The position numbers were made by a program, and so were the translations under genes. A stretch of DNA of 63,782 nt, counting the filler, from Asterionella formosa (taxonomy: Eukaryota): NCBI GenBank assembly GCA_002256025.1. It is 19 parts of 19 records of this genome, joined end to end, with 100 filler letters (N's around TTAATTAATTAA, not from the genome) between each part and the next. Parts side by side here need not be neighbours in the genome. Positions count along the whole stretch, not along the records: positions 33,693 to 36,955 come from NKIB01014312.1; positions 37,056 to 40,313 come from NKIB01014313.1; positions 40,414 to 43,669 come from NKIB01014314.1; positions 43,770 to 47,025 come from NKIB01014315.1; positions 47,126 to 50,379 come from NKIB01014317.1; 14 more parts are not named here. The stretch is one strand, 5' to 3'. The notes beneath the pieces were generated by a model. It did no database searches. It saw only the letters and a program-made list of their open reading frames with translations, and was not told the origin of the DNA. Positions 35,831-48,076 of the stretch are shown here, piece after piece. Each line of letters starts with the position of its first letter. The stretch's first letter is position 1.

Positions 35831-36765
35831 ATGACCTAGAAGTAGTTGCGCAATTCCTTGATCAGTCCATGTGTCTGTGAAACCATATGCTCCCAGCTCA
35901 GGAGGTCAGAAAAATAGTAAACGCTTAGTTGTCTTGTTGAAGCCCATGCAAGATAAAAATGTGGGAAGATATGATCTATCTATCTGATTGCATTGTTCAA
36001 TAGAAAATGTGGAGCTGCATAATGGATACTTCATGGCTGGTTGAAGCATATGCTAGCAGCACCTCATGTCGTAATAACTTCGATGTGGATATATTCATGC
36101 TCATTGTTTTTCCTGTGTGAATCAATTTTTTGAATTCATCCTGATTATTCCCTTGCAGTGCTAGCATGGCACCCAGATTTCGTGGACCCTTGCAAACATC
36201 CTTCTGTGGTATCTCTTTGATAGTACTATAGTCAGCACCTGATGTCAATGCAATTGTGACCTGCATCTCCTCCCTGGTTTTGAGGGTGTATTGGTCGTTT
36301 TTAAAATTTCAATCCATTGCTACAAAGAAGCATTTTTCCAATGCCAGAGCCCCACCTGTTGTATACAGAAGTTGCTCCCAAAATTGTTGCCATCCATGCA
36401 TTTCTTTTGCCAGCTCCTCCAAAGGTGTCTGTTCCATGGACAGAACCAGTTCCGTGTCATCATCGACATATGTCTCCGCAGATCTTGTCTGGGACCTAGC
36501 CCTTCTTGGGTCTATCAAGGTTAATCCTGATGATTGTTTTGATATGGCCCCTAATAATACGCATGTAATGGCCAACCACAAGCATGGAGATGCACCTGAA
36601 CCCTGTAATGTACCCAATACCCAGTCTTTAACACTTGAGTATGCTTGATCTGATATACCCAATGCGGTGCAAACTTTGTATTTCATCTGCTGTAAAATCT
36701 GTTGGAGTGCGGAGACCGCGTTTTCACTGGAAGGTATCATCCTATCGAATGCTGCTTTCCCATCA
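35831..36765 (-). mobile_element. Degenerate non-LTR (Ambal-like) reverse transcriptase fragment
   Basis: GTLQGSGASPCLW, YVDD, WEQLLYTTGGALALEKC, RNLG, MGFNKTTKRLL..PPELGAYG. Stops and frameshifts present. Confidence 0.75.
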
Positions 36766-37512
36766 TTATTAAAAAAAATTGCGACCTTCTTACAGATGTT
36801 GATGCCATCGTAAGTTCTTGTTCAAAAATTCGCATTTCTTGTTCAAAAATTCTTTCTTATGAGCTTTAGCATTGTCCTGGACCAAAGTAAGTTTTGTCCA
36901 TGCATCGTCTAGTTTATTTGGTAGAATTTCTGTTCCTTCTTCAGGTTCTGTATGCNNNNNNNNNNNNNNNNNNNNNNNNNNNNNNNNNNNNNNNNNNNNT
37001 TAATTAATTAANNNNNNNNNNNNNNNNNNNNNNNNNNNNNNNNNNNNNNNNNNNNTCCATACAAAAAATCCGGGTGCTAAATGTATTGAAATCTGCAACT
37101 CAATTGCATTTCGCATGTTGTGTCTGTTGTCATGCCAGTACCGAACATTTAAGTATTCTACACTTGTGCTATGACTTGGTAGTGGGATGGTCGAATACTA
37201 ATGACAACAATCAAAAGCAAATAAAGTTTTGGACGGACCAACTCAAACGTGCTCACATGGTGCGTTACGGGAAATTAGGTAACAATTTGGAAGCACTGAG
37301 GTCGTGCATGGTTCATACAAAATTAGTTTTGAGAAACTTGAATGGGTTAGAAAAGAGTGAATATGCTTTTCTATAGAGTAATAATAATACCATAAACAAC
37401 AAACTAGTATACATTCGTATTTATTTAATAATAAAGTTACAGGCTACTACTATATAGAGAAAGAGTTATAGAATGGATGTTTTACTTTTATTTGTTACTA
37501 AAAATTATGTCC

Positions 37513-38478
37513 TTAACTTGTTTTTGTCATTTTACGCATTTGAAAGCCAGATGTATCATGAGTATTCACTGGAGGGGCCATTCTCTGCCATTTAGGTTTT
37601 CGTCGATTGGCACGTCGGCGTTCGGAATTCAAGGCGTGTTTGTGGGCAGTACTGGTAGCAGCATCGCCACCAACACCATTCTGGACGCGTCGTTCGGCAG
37701 CTTCTTGTTGTTTTCGCTGTTGATCTTGTCGTCGCATTCGTTCTTCTGGAGTTAATGTGCTCCAATCGACCTTTCGCTTTTTGCCTTTTGGTTCGGGTTC
37801 TGGTGGTGTAACTGCTATTACTGATGGCTTTTCTGCTTCGGCCAATTTGAGGGCTTCTTCTTGAATGGCAGCAAGTGCCGAAGGGCCCTCGCGTTCCAAC
37901 TGACGGGTTAGTTTCCTACGATTCTTAGAGTTGAGACTCTGAATGAGTTTTTTGATTTCTTCTTCGTCAATGAAATTGCTGCCTCCAACTGATACTGGTT
38001 CAGCATTCACATTATCCGTAACTTCGGTACTCTCAGCAAGGGCAGCAGCGTGAGGTGTGGCTGCTTGCTTATCCGAACATTTGAATTTTTCAATTTTCAC
38101 TTTTTTGGCTGGAGAGGGTAGAATTTCCTTTACTTCTGGACGGTCGTCGTCGTCATCGTCGCTTTCAGACGATTCTGATTCTAAATCTCCCTGTTGTGAC
38201 TGTTGTTCTTCCACCTTTGCAGTTTCTCCCTTCCCGTCATTCGTTTCTGTTACAGCAATCACTAATGGTCGATCATTATCATCACAGTGCACCACTTCAT
38301 CTGTTCCATCCATTCGTTCCTCGTATCTCTTAATCATTCGACGCTGTTTGGCATTCAGAGTAGTAGGATCTTTCGTCAATAGATCCAAGGCAACCTTGTC
38401 AGCCTCACTGATTAATGCAAGTTTGGCAGCTTCTTCAGCCGTGACGGCCTTTTTTGTTCGTTTGGCAAATAACTTCAT
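37513..38478 (-). CDS. Hypothetical 321-aa highly charged protein (possibly nuclear or nucleolar)
   Basis: Complete ORF with an acidic centre and basic ends. Related motifs LNAKQRRMIKR, LNSKNRRKLTR and LNSERRRANRRK occur three times. Confidence 0.75.
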   Translation of the reverse strand: MKLFAKRTKKAVTAEEAAKLALISEADKVALDLLTKDPTTLNAKQRRMIKRYEERMDGTDEVVHCDDNDRPLVIAVTETNDGKGETAKVEEQQSQQGDLESESSESDDDDDDRPEVKEILPSPAKKVKIEKFKCSDKQAATPHAAALAESTEVTDNVNAEPVSVGGSNFIDEEEIKKLIQSLNSKNRRKLTRQLEREGPSALAAIQEEALKLAEAEKPSVIAVTPPEPEPKGKKRKVDWSTLTPEERMRRQDQQRKQQEAAERRVQNGVGGDAATSTAHKHALNSERRRANRRKPKWQRMAPPVNTHDTSGFQMRKMTKTS

Positions 38479-38869
38479 AATGATGATGAAACACAGTCGA
38501 TTCTCCTGTTAATTTATGATATTTATTCTTGATATGTTACTCTCTCGCTAGAGCCACACTCAATCGTCGTGTTTCTTTCGAAAAATGATTGGGACGCTTT
38601 GTTTATTCGTTTTTTGTTCGGAGTCGTTGCTGGATAGTACATATAATTTTTTTGTATTACGACCAAGCCAAGAATCGTTCTGATGATCACATGCACCGCG
38701 GTGTACCGGTATTTATTTTGTTTTATTTGTTGGCTGTGGCTGATCGTACATACGTACGTACCGGTATATTCATTCAGCTGAGACCACAGCCATTCGGGCA
38801 TCCATGCATGGGTCTTGATCAGAACCATTTTCTGGCCATATGATACGGTAAGCGGTGGGGTGCCAGATA

Positions 38870-38965
38870 CCAGCAAGTTGCGGTCATTTTGCTTAAACTA
38901 ACATTTCAATCTAGGATAAAAATAGCTAAATCTTTAGTTTCAGCAAAATTACCGCAACTTGCAGG
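38870..38965. mobile_element. 96-bp MITE with ~32-bp terminal inverted repeats, CC(A/T)GCAAGTTGCGG termini
   Basis: Left end TA|CCAGCAAGTTGCGGTCATTTTGCTTAAACTAA; right end reverse complement CCTGCAAGTTGCGGTAATTTTGCTGAAACTAA. Related copies at 43179-43256 and 62400-62419. Confidence 0.75.
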
Positions 38966-39522
38966 TGCCTGGTACCGGGGTGTTGCGAAGTCACACTTAG
39001 TATCAGCTACATATTCATCACCGAATATTTTTATGATGTGTTATGCTCCTGCAAGGAGAAACAAAGTCGTCGAGAAGAAATTTCATAGTGGAATAAGGGA
39101 CATTGACTGGCTGAACAGAATCAAGCTCATATCCTTTCAATCCCCTTCTATGCAATCAAGAAAGTGTCAAAGCTAAAATACCGTAGCTCCTTTCCAGCAT
39201 GTACGGGGGGCCCTAATAGACCCCCCCATCATAGCAACATTCAGAAATTGTTTTTTTCTGAAAATCATTCTGTAAAATTTCATTCTGAAAGGAATGTGGC
39301 ACTGGCAGGCATTCAAAAATTTGAGTCCTCCGGTGATGATATTAATTCAACATTTAAAATTTCTAATGGTTTTGTGCTGGCCCATTCATTTCAAGTTTAT
39401 CAAAATGCATTTTTACAGAATTTTTTCTGGAAAAAAACCAATTTCTCGAATTCCCCCCCCCCCAATCTCAGTTCTGAGTGTCAAAATTTCACATTTTGCG
39501 AAAGCTGTTCGTCTTAGGAGCT

Positions 39523-39680
39523 TTAGGGGAAACTCGTCCGAACGCCTGCTAGGAAGGCGGCACAAGCTGCTTGTAGTGGGGCAACCCACTATTTCTTGCA
39601 CACCAGGCAAGACCGTGCGGGACGGTAAGGAGTGTGGGAGTCGAACCCAACAATAGATTAAAGGCAAGGTGCTATGCCCT
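39523..39680 (-). mobile_element. tRNA-headed SINE-like repeat, family A, copy 2
   Basis: Shares AGTGTGGGAGTCGAACCCAACAAT exactly, and the hairpin body, with 4824-4939. The A box is degraded. Confidence 0.6.
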
Positions 39681-41236
39681 ACTACGGTTGTCAGGATAAA
39701 AGGAGGTTCTTGGTTATTATGAGTTTTTACAATTAGTGCATCTATATTAACTCATAGTTAAAGGGAGCGATTCACAAAGACCTGAATGCAAAGGTCATTA
39801 GATGTCATAACATTGGTATGGATAAACTAGAGGTGCATAAATACCAATAGTTATCACATTGCATATAGTTGTGGGTACATAACAATGTAACATGTACTAC
39901 AAGCTACAAACTACAAACTAGTAACTGTGTATTTAGCATCACCTACTAATCATCATCAATCCCGTGTACATGTATGTACTACATATGGGTACCATGGTAC
40001 CAGGTAGTAGTCTTGTGCGAAATGAAAAAGAGTACATCTTTCACTTATGGTACCAGGTAGTCATTGCTTGGATATGCAATGTGCACTCATTGGTGGTTAG
40101 TACTAGTAAAATGTTCTAGTAGACGCTCTGTGCTTGCCCTTGACCCTGACGGAATCTAGCTCACCAGTAAAGCCCCCAATTTTTTGGATTGGGGGAATGA
40201 GTTTCACCCTAAAATATTTCCTTACAAATCGAATTTCAGCATAATAGTATTCAAAACGATCATGCCACAGATGGAAGATAACTGCTGTCTGAGCTGGCCA
40301 GCATAGTATTTATNNNNNNNNNNNNNNNNNNNNNNNNNNNNNNNNNNNNNNNNNNNNTTAATTAATTAANNNNNNNNNNNNNNNNNNNNNNNNNNNNNNN
40401 NNNNNNNNNNNNNTTTGTTCCAACAGAAGTGAATAGGTCCAACGAGCGACAAGAGCACTTACGCAATTTGGTTTTGTTTTACATTGGTGCTCCCCAACAA
40501 GCGAAACGAGCTGTTGAATCAACTGAGAAAAAAGGAAATGTGGCTGCGTTTAGTTAACAATTTGTTGTTGTGCTGCCTGTCTCCCAACGATTGTCATCCA
40601 AGTACCACATTGATGGCTTCATTACCTTAAACATTATCCATCCTTCGAAGGCGCAATGTGTCGAAGTCACAATGTTTTTCGTTATGCATTGCATAAACTT
40701 TCTTTTCTTGTCATGTGCTTTACTATGACGTATCTTTTCATGAAGCAGCAGGCATTGTTTGTTAACATGACAGAACGATTTCAAAAATATATATGCCATG
40801 AATATAGTAATAAAATTTGTAAATATATTTTTATATATAGTGTTATACATTTATAAAATTCAAAGGCGCTCTCGATATGGAACATCTGATATGGTTAAAA
40901 TGATCATACTCGCATATACATAATTCGAAAATACTCAATGCACTATATGTCAATTGTTTTCCACGACTACATGTACCGGTATTATTTCTGAAATTTGTTT
41001 GTATCGATATTTTCTACGTCCGTTGAAACTAATAATTTAGACCATTCAATCGGTGTAAGTCATAACCGCCAGGGTTTTGGTAGCAAATTGTTTAAGCCCC
41101 TTTTTTGGTTGGGAGCTCTTCATGTGTACCGGCACATCATATGACAATAACAATATATCATATATATATATACAGAGTACCAGTAGCAGGTAGTAAGTGA
41201 TATACTGGGGGTAGTCGGAGTAGTAAACTAGCAACA

Positions 41237-41490
41237 GAACACAATATGTTCAGGACTGTTGCTACTGCAGTGAGACAGTAAATCATCATAGTTTTAGGAT
41301 CATATGATCTTAAAACTAAAACCCAATAGAACACCATATGTTCAGGACTGTTGCTACTGCTGTGGGACAGTAAATCATCATAGTTTTAGGATTGTGTGAT
41401 CGTGAAACTGAAAAGTGGTAGTCGGAGTAATAAGCAAGCAATAGAACACCATATGTCTATGACTGCTGCTACTGCAGCGGGACAGTAAAT
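41237..41490 (+). repeat. Three-copy tandem-like repeat
   Basis: AGAACAC.ATATGT...GACTG.TGCTACTGC...GACAGTAAAT at ~41237, ~41328 and ~41443. Confidence 0.8.
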
Positions 41491-41759
41491 GAATTTGAGA
41501 TCATCGAACTTTAAGGAAGACAACGACAACAGTTATTGGGAAGCAACTGTATTACAAAGGCATTTATCAAAATTATTACATGATATAACGAAATATTATG
41601 ATCAGATGATCACAATCCTATGATGCATCATGGAAATTTGATAGTTTTTATTTGCAGATGCATCCATGTTAGTAATTCCAGGCAAAACACAAAAGCTAAC
41701 TTAACACAATCTGACTCAGGACCATTCCGGATCACGCTACAGCAGGAGGGGAGGAAAGC

Positions 41760-42349
41760 CTGGTGCCGTTATGATTAGTTGTTGGGTGTGCGCAAAGTAT
41801 AATTGAGAGAAACCAAATGAATTAATTGCTGACTTAGCTAAGTGCCCCAGGGGATCAATACCAAATTTAACCACAAATGAGAAACAAGCTCGAGGCACCT
41901 CATATTGCTTTACCTTGACTTCATCAATGGAAAAGGTATGATGGGCAGAACATAGTGTTAAAAAAACTTGGAGTCAATGTTATGTTTAGTACTTCAAAGT
42001 GCCAGGCTGAACTCGAAGGGGAAGGATTTTGGCATCTATAAATGCACATACAGGAGCCTGTTTTTTTAGAACAGAGATGATGAGGCAAAGATAATTTTAT
42101 GAACAGTGCAAGACACTATTTGGGAAAGCAAGTTATTATGACAGGATACAAACAAAAGCACGACAACATTTGATGACCTAATATGCCATTGATACTGGGA
42201 AATTAGACTATGAAACACAACAAGACTGCACAAAGCAATCCAGACCCATAGCCGCCGCCATAGAGAAGCTGATACAAAGCTTCAAGAGTCACCATTGTGT
42301 CATGGACTTTGACTGTAGCTTCATTCGAAGCAAAACTGATTGGCAATGA
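41760..42349 (+). mobile_element. Degenerate IS630/Tc1-like DDE transposase C-terminal remnant
   Basis: TSKCQAELEGEG (compare TPKxHxELAGEGIE) and IEKLIQSFKSHHCVMDFDCSFI (compare IEKxxKxFKxHRxxxDFD). Many stops. Confidence 0.5.
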
Positions 42350-42388
42350 AATGAAAAGCTTTGAATAATAATATCATTGTAAAATTGA

Positions 42389-42626
42389 AATTAAATTTTA
42401 TAGTATATTAAGAAAGCTATCCAATAATTGCACTAAAACTAGTGCCCACATTTTCAATGGAAACAATTAATGCCGGTTTTGTTAGTCCCTACGTTACAAC
42501 GGGACCTTTCTTTTCTTCAGCTGTACCCCCGGAAACTCAGGGAATATATGAAAAAGACAGGCGGAGAATGCAGGAATCAAACTCGCCACCGCGCACAGTG
42601 GGTGTGCTAACCACTAAGCCATTCCC
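42389..42626 (-). mobile_element. tRNA-derived SINE, family B, copy 2
   Basis: GGGAATGGCTTAGTGGTTAG ... GTTTGATTCCTGCATTCTCC ... ATTATTGGATAGCT ... ATACTATAAAATTTAATT; collinear with 5495-5734. Confidence 0.8.
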
Positions 42627-43178
42627 TTGTACATGAATATCATTAGTGGGGGAACGGTATAATTTGAAAGCTGCTCTGATTAAGATTATATAGATATAAA
42701 ATCAGTGTACTAGGGTACTCTATAAACTGTATAGATATATACTAAGGCTACTTGGGTCACATTTAGTTTTCTGAGCTTGAAAATCCAGCCAGCCAGCATC
42801 ATAAGAAAAAAATATTTGATTTACCTGAGCCATCATGGCACCAAAGCATCATCATTTATATTATGATTTTAACCCATTGCTCACTGTGGTCAAAGCTACT
42901 TCGACTCACCAGGTACCCACTCGTTCAACTTCCTTTCATGCAATTATTTCCCTGCATTGCAATGATTGTTTTTAGGCTTGTTGTTGTTCTGCACCAACTA
43001 ATCTTCTTTAGGATCATAGTTCGACAAAGTGGCTTCTTTCAAGGCTGGTTTGAGGAATTTTGATCTTTGCAACTTGAAACGTTACCTGGTTCTTTGTTGG
43101 TTTCTGGACACTTCCATAACCTTGCATGGTTTACTGTCACCTGCTAGTATCATCAGGTACCAGGGTACCCTCCTGGCA

Positions 43179-43256
43179 CCAGCAAGTTGCAGTCATTTGG
43201 CTTAAACAAAGAATTTAATATAGGATAAAGATAGCTAAAGTTTTAGTTTCAACATA
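43179..43256 (+). mobile_element. Truncated copy of the 38870 MITE
   Basis: CCAGCAAGTTGCAGTCATTTGGCTTAAAC...TAGGATAAAGATAGCTAAA..TTTAGTTTCA, followed by TACCAGGTA. Confidence 0.7.
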
Positions 43257-43769
43257 ATACCAGGTACCCTCGAACTTCATCTTCGTTTTTCGGCTAGACT
43301 GACTTTCTAGTTCTCATGGTTGCTATCCCAGTCTCACCAGCCTGAATTTTCTCTATTTGGGTTTCAAGTGCGCGCTTCGTGCTCACACCCTGTTTCCGTG
43401 GTCTACACAGGTATCTGGTATCAGGTACCTGGAGTACTAATAATGAGGTAAAACGATAAACTACCTGGTATGTAGGGGTCGACAGCATACATACCCTAAG
43501 TCAAGAAAAGACATACCACGGGATACTGTTTGAATCGATTTTGATTGGCTGGATTTAGCAAGCATTGTAAGTGTTTGTCAAAAGTCATGACCATCAGGGC
43601 AATTGGATTTTCCATTTGGTGAGACTTTTTTACCCTTTGGATCAAACGACCTGAATTTATTCGCTACAGNNNNNNNNNNNNNNNNNNNNNNNNNNNNNNN
43701 NNNNNNNNNNNNNTTAATTAATTAANNNNNNNNNNNNNNNNNNNNNNNNNNNNNNNNNNNNNNNNNNNN

Positions 43770-44285
43770 CCTTTCCTTCTATTTCTATATTGTACTTGCT
43801 CGACTTATTGCTGTAGACTATTTGTAGCTGCTCCGAAACGGAGAAGGCCATTGCGGCACATCTCAATTTTGACTCACTACGGCGACATGCAAGGTTAAAA
43901 TATGCAACAGCTGTTTCTGAACGAAATAACGGATTCAATTCCTTATTGTCAGCTACTCAGCATCCTTTCCTTCTTTTTCTATATTGTACTTGCTAGAGTT
44001 ATCGCTGTAGACTATTTGTAGCTGCTCCGAAACGGAGAAGGCCATTGCGGCACATCTCAATTTTGACTCACTACGGCGACATCCAAGGTTGAAATATGCA
44101 ACAGCTGTTTCTTAACGAAATAACGGATTCAATTCCTTATTGTGAGCTACTCAGCATCCTTTCCTTCTTTTTCTATATTGTACTTGCTCGACTTATTGCT
44201 GCAGACTATTTGTAGCTGCTCCGAAACGGAAAAAGGCCATTGCGGCGCATCTCAATTTTGACTCACTAGCTACGGCGACATGCAA
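43770..44285 (+). repeat. 194-bp tandem repeat (satellite-like), ~2.6 copies, running off the contig
   Basis: Units start at 43770, 43964 and 44158 with few differences; the period is not a multiple of 3. Confidence 0.92.
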
Positions 44286-44702
44286 TGCTAAACGATGCTC
44301 AACGAGGACCAACAGTGCTTTATTTCCAATCTGGCAGGCTATTGTAATCTCTACAATCAACAATGACTTAATTATGTGTCTACAACATCAACTACTACTA
44401 CTACGTGTGCTGAATTCTACAGTGTGAATCTTCCTCTTGCATGTGTTATTCTTTGCCAGTTCAGATCAAAGTGATATGTCGGAGCGGAAAAAATAATAAG
44501 TGTATCGGAATTGGCGACTCTTTCGTTCATTATATGGTGAAAGCAGCATAATATTGCGGCAGAGCAGCATAATTTCGCTTTTAAACTGTTGCGATGGCTA
44601 GTTGGTCAACATATATTGTCACGAACACACATAATTATTGGTGTGATCACATAATTATTCGATAAGTGAAATAAATTTTTGTTTAACCCGAATAAATTAG
44701 GG

Positions 44703-44833
44703 AAAAAGTAGCATAATATTTCAAAAAAGTAACATAATATTTTAGAAAAGTAACATAATATTTTAAAAAAGTAGCATAAATACGTCACTTTACACATAAA
44801 TTCGAAAAAGTGCCGTAAACGGCGTCTTAGATG
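44703..44833 (+). mobile_element. DNA-element end with ~21-bp subterminal tandem repeats
   Basis: AAAAGTARCATAATATTT about four times, then TTCGAAAAAGTGCCGTAAACGGCGTCTTAGATG, matching 30850-30881. Confidence 0.55.
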
Positions 44834-45339
44834 TTGCAGAGGATGTTATTTCCATATATATCCAACGTCTGTGCGTCCTGCCATTATCTACTCATTACCT
44901 CAATCGTTTGTTCGACTGGTGGCATCGAGTAAAACATATGCGAGAATGTATGAATCGATGAGATTTTGATCACAAGCAGGAAGAAACATATTTTTTCCTG
45001 AGTGGTACTAGCTTGTACTATACTAGTACATCTAGTAATACCCCCTCCTTGTTTGACCGTGGTGGTGGTGAAAATATGGTATGGAGAAAGGCAAAAATTC
45101 TACCCAGTAGTACTGAATGTAGAATTTTTTTGACATTTTGGTAGAATATTCTACCAACAGAGCAGTGGAACCCTGCAGTATGCTATGGTATTGTCCAAGA
45201 AATTCTATCACAAAACAACATGGTATGAAATGGGATTGATGTTAATAATTGAACTAAATATCAAGATGGCGACAATGTCAACAAGAAGAGGAAATGAACC
45301 AACACACAATCCCCTGTTTACAAGAGTGTCCTTATTGCT

Positions 45340-46560
45340 ATGATGTCATACAGAGATGCATGGCATAGAATATTCTCAAAGCTACAAGTTTAGTCGAGAG
45401 GATCTTGGGGAAGTTACACCTGAGGATGTCTACAAATGGATGGCTATGAAAGTGTATGGCCGTCCTGAGGATCCAAAAAATGATGACAATCCAACACATG
45501 GCCAGTCTTCTTCCCTGGAATACTACAAAAAGGCATTGTCGTATTTTATGCCAAATCGACTCTCCGCTTGGAATGCTATTATGCACAGTGGCAATCCGGC
45601 GACAAGGTCTGTGCCTGGCAATAACCTCATCAAGGCAGTAAAAAAGAAGGAAGTGCACCACAGACAAGGGAAACCATCACAAGCAAGAAGGCGACCCCTA
45701 GAATCCCAAGAGTTCTCCAATACAATGAAGCATATCCTTCATTCATTCAAGGACAGTATCTGTTGGTATCAGTTGCCTGCACTGTGTGCCTTTCAATTAC
45801 ACAGCGCTGGCCGAATTGACGATTGTGTGCAATTAACAAAAATAAACCTAACTGCAAATCTTCGATTTACTTTCACTCTGATGGTCAAGCTGTGTTGGAC
45901 AAAAAACGCTAAAGAAGAGAGGGAGGCACCAAACTACTAGGTACTCATTGCATCCATGTCGCAAGACTATTGCATTCTCCTTGCCTTGGCCTTTCATCTT
46001 GAGACAGAATGTATGGAGCAAGGCGCATCACCCGAAAATCCATGGGTGTTTTCGCTACAAACCAACAATCCATCAAATGCTAAAAGAAAAGCCTATACAA
46101 TTCTGTGTGATGATGTTTGGGAAAGTAGTGAGTTCAAATGAATGAACAATGGTTTGACTAGCACACACAGCCTTCGGAAATACTCATCAACACATGCACA
46201 TCGAAATGGATGCTCCTGCTGGTGGGATGAGGTTGCCTTCTGTGGATGCTGGAAACGGCGCACAGAACAAGTTGATGGGCTACCTTATCCAGACGCCAAG
46301 GTTGCGGCAGCCCTTTGTATTGGCGGGGGCCCCCATGCAAGTATGAAGTTTTTAAATGAAGAAATCGATGTGAATGATGATTGGCTTCTGCAATATGTAG
46401 TGCCAAATATATGCATGGAGTTTCCACGATGTAATGTGGCACTAACGCTGGCATGTCCACTCCTTTGGGCGGTTTTTAAAGCCATGTCTACAGGGTTGCT
46501 TTCTTATTACCAGGCAAGCTGACACAACGGATACAGATGGTATATGCACTTGTACGTAAT
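45340..46560 (+). mobile_element. Crypton (CryptonS-like) tyrosine-recombinase transposon, pseudogenised
   Basis: SSSLEYYKKALSYFMP, GNP.TRS, GKPSQARR, GRIDD (catalytic R), WTKNAKEEREAP, HSLRKY (HxxR) and LPYPDAKVAAALCIGG. Internal stops and frameshifts. Confidence 0.85.
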
Positions 46561-47248
46561 CTCCTACCACCATGTACAATTCCTGTGTTGAAACGGCTAA
46601 TTGTTGTGAAGCAATGGTGCAAAGGCGGAACTCTACATTCTTGACGAAGATCTGGGATCCAGATGAATTTTAGGACAATGTGGGTGGTGAAGAAGTTACT
46701 GAAGTGTCAACAGGAGTAGCTGCAGTTTCAACAGCAAATATTGGAGCGCGGAGGAGGCGTACAGCATCACCACCACCAACACCAAGCAAGCTGTCAATGC
46801 ATTTGTTCAGAGGAGAGGAACCGGAACAAGAATAAATTCCTTGGGCTGTACTCACAGCAAAGGGAGATTCAACGAGAGGTGAAGGAGATTTAAACAAGCC
46901 AGATTGCCATCATCCTTACCAACACTGTTGTGAGCAAAGGAATGGGCAAGAGACGAAGCAGACAAGCTTGAATCGATTTTCCTGGCAGATGCCAGCATGA
47001 CAAATGCTCAGGGGGGGCAGTGTTTNNNNNNNNNNNNNNNNNNNNNNNNNNNNNNNNNNNNNNNNNNNNTTAATTAATTAANNNNNNNNNNNNNNNNNNN
47101 NNNNNNNNNNNNNNNNNNNNNNNNNGTTCTAGAAGAGGGAAGGTTTGATTTGTATTCAGGAAAATCAACAACTTTTTTTCTTGTTCTTGTTTTCTTTTTG
47201 TGAGGAAGAATTGGGAAAAATCAATCCATAAATGGCTGAACATGAGGG

Positions 47249-47386
47249 AAATCGTGAGTCATATAACCCAATATGTATATCATGACTTGTCGCGAAATCG
47301 TGAGTCATATAACACAATATGTATATCATAACTTGTCGCGAAATCGTGAGTCATGTAGCACAATATGTATATCAGGACTCGTCGCC
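47249..47386 (+). repeat. 46-bp tandem repeat, three copies
   Basis: AAATCGTGAGTCATATAAC.CAATATGTATATCATGACTTGTCGCG at 47249, 47295 and 47341. Confidence 0.92.
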
Positions 47387-47432
47387 ATAACAATAATCTC
47401 TCCAGTGAATACCGTGCCTGGCTGGTGCCAGG

Positions 47433-48076
47433 TATTCCGGAGTACATATCTATATGTGCAGGTAGCTTGTCTACCAGGGCTCTGGGGCACACCTGATACC
47501 TGGTACTGGTACACCAGTTTACGAGGTTACGAGGTTCCAGGTAGGCCCACGATGCATTATGACTCGAAATCAATACTATGCAATGGTAACCTGATGATGG
47601 TCTTGGTTGCCCTGCGATCGCAAGCAAGCAGGAAGTCAAGTCCAGTCATGATTTGCCGGTCGATTAGGAATGTAACTTACATACCGCTACTACTGTGCGT
47701 ATCATGCAAGGCAGTCGTGCAAATGTATCATTTACCTCGGACAAGGCGCGACAAGTCATGATATATAATGCGCACACTAGTATTTTGGGTTAAGTCGAAT
47801 ATGTAGTACTCCATAGTCCTCATCATTATATATCATGACTGCTAGTCGACCGGCAAATCATGACTGGACTCGACTTCCTGCTTGCTTGCGATCGCAGGGC
47901 GGACAAGACCATCATCAGGTTACCATTGCATAGTATTGATTTCGAGTCATAATGCATCGTGGGCCTACCTGGAACCTCGTAACCTCGTAAACTGGTGTAC
48001 CAGTACCAGGTATCAGGTGTGCCCCAGAGCCCTGGTAGACAAGCTACCTGCACATATAGATATGTACTCCGGAATA
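47433..48076. repeat. Long inverted repeat: 231-bp arms (47433-47663 and 47846-48076), 182-bp spacer
   Basis: The arms are reverse complements with about 4 mismatches; this explains the mirrored ORFs in the track. Confidence 0.95.

Noticed and set aside
47249..47386. CRISPR-like look of short repeat arrays (also 41237-41490, 48680-48875, 51108-51417)
   Set aside because: There are no unique spacers between identical repeats and no cas genes, and the context is eukaryotic.
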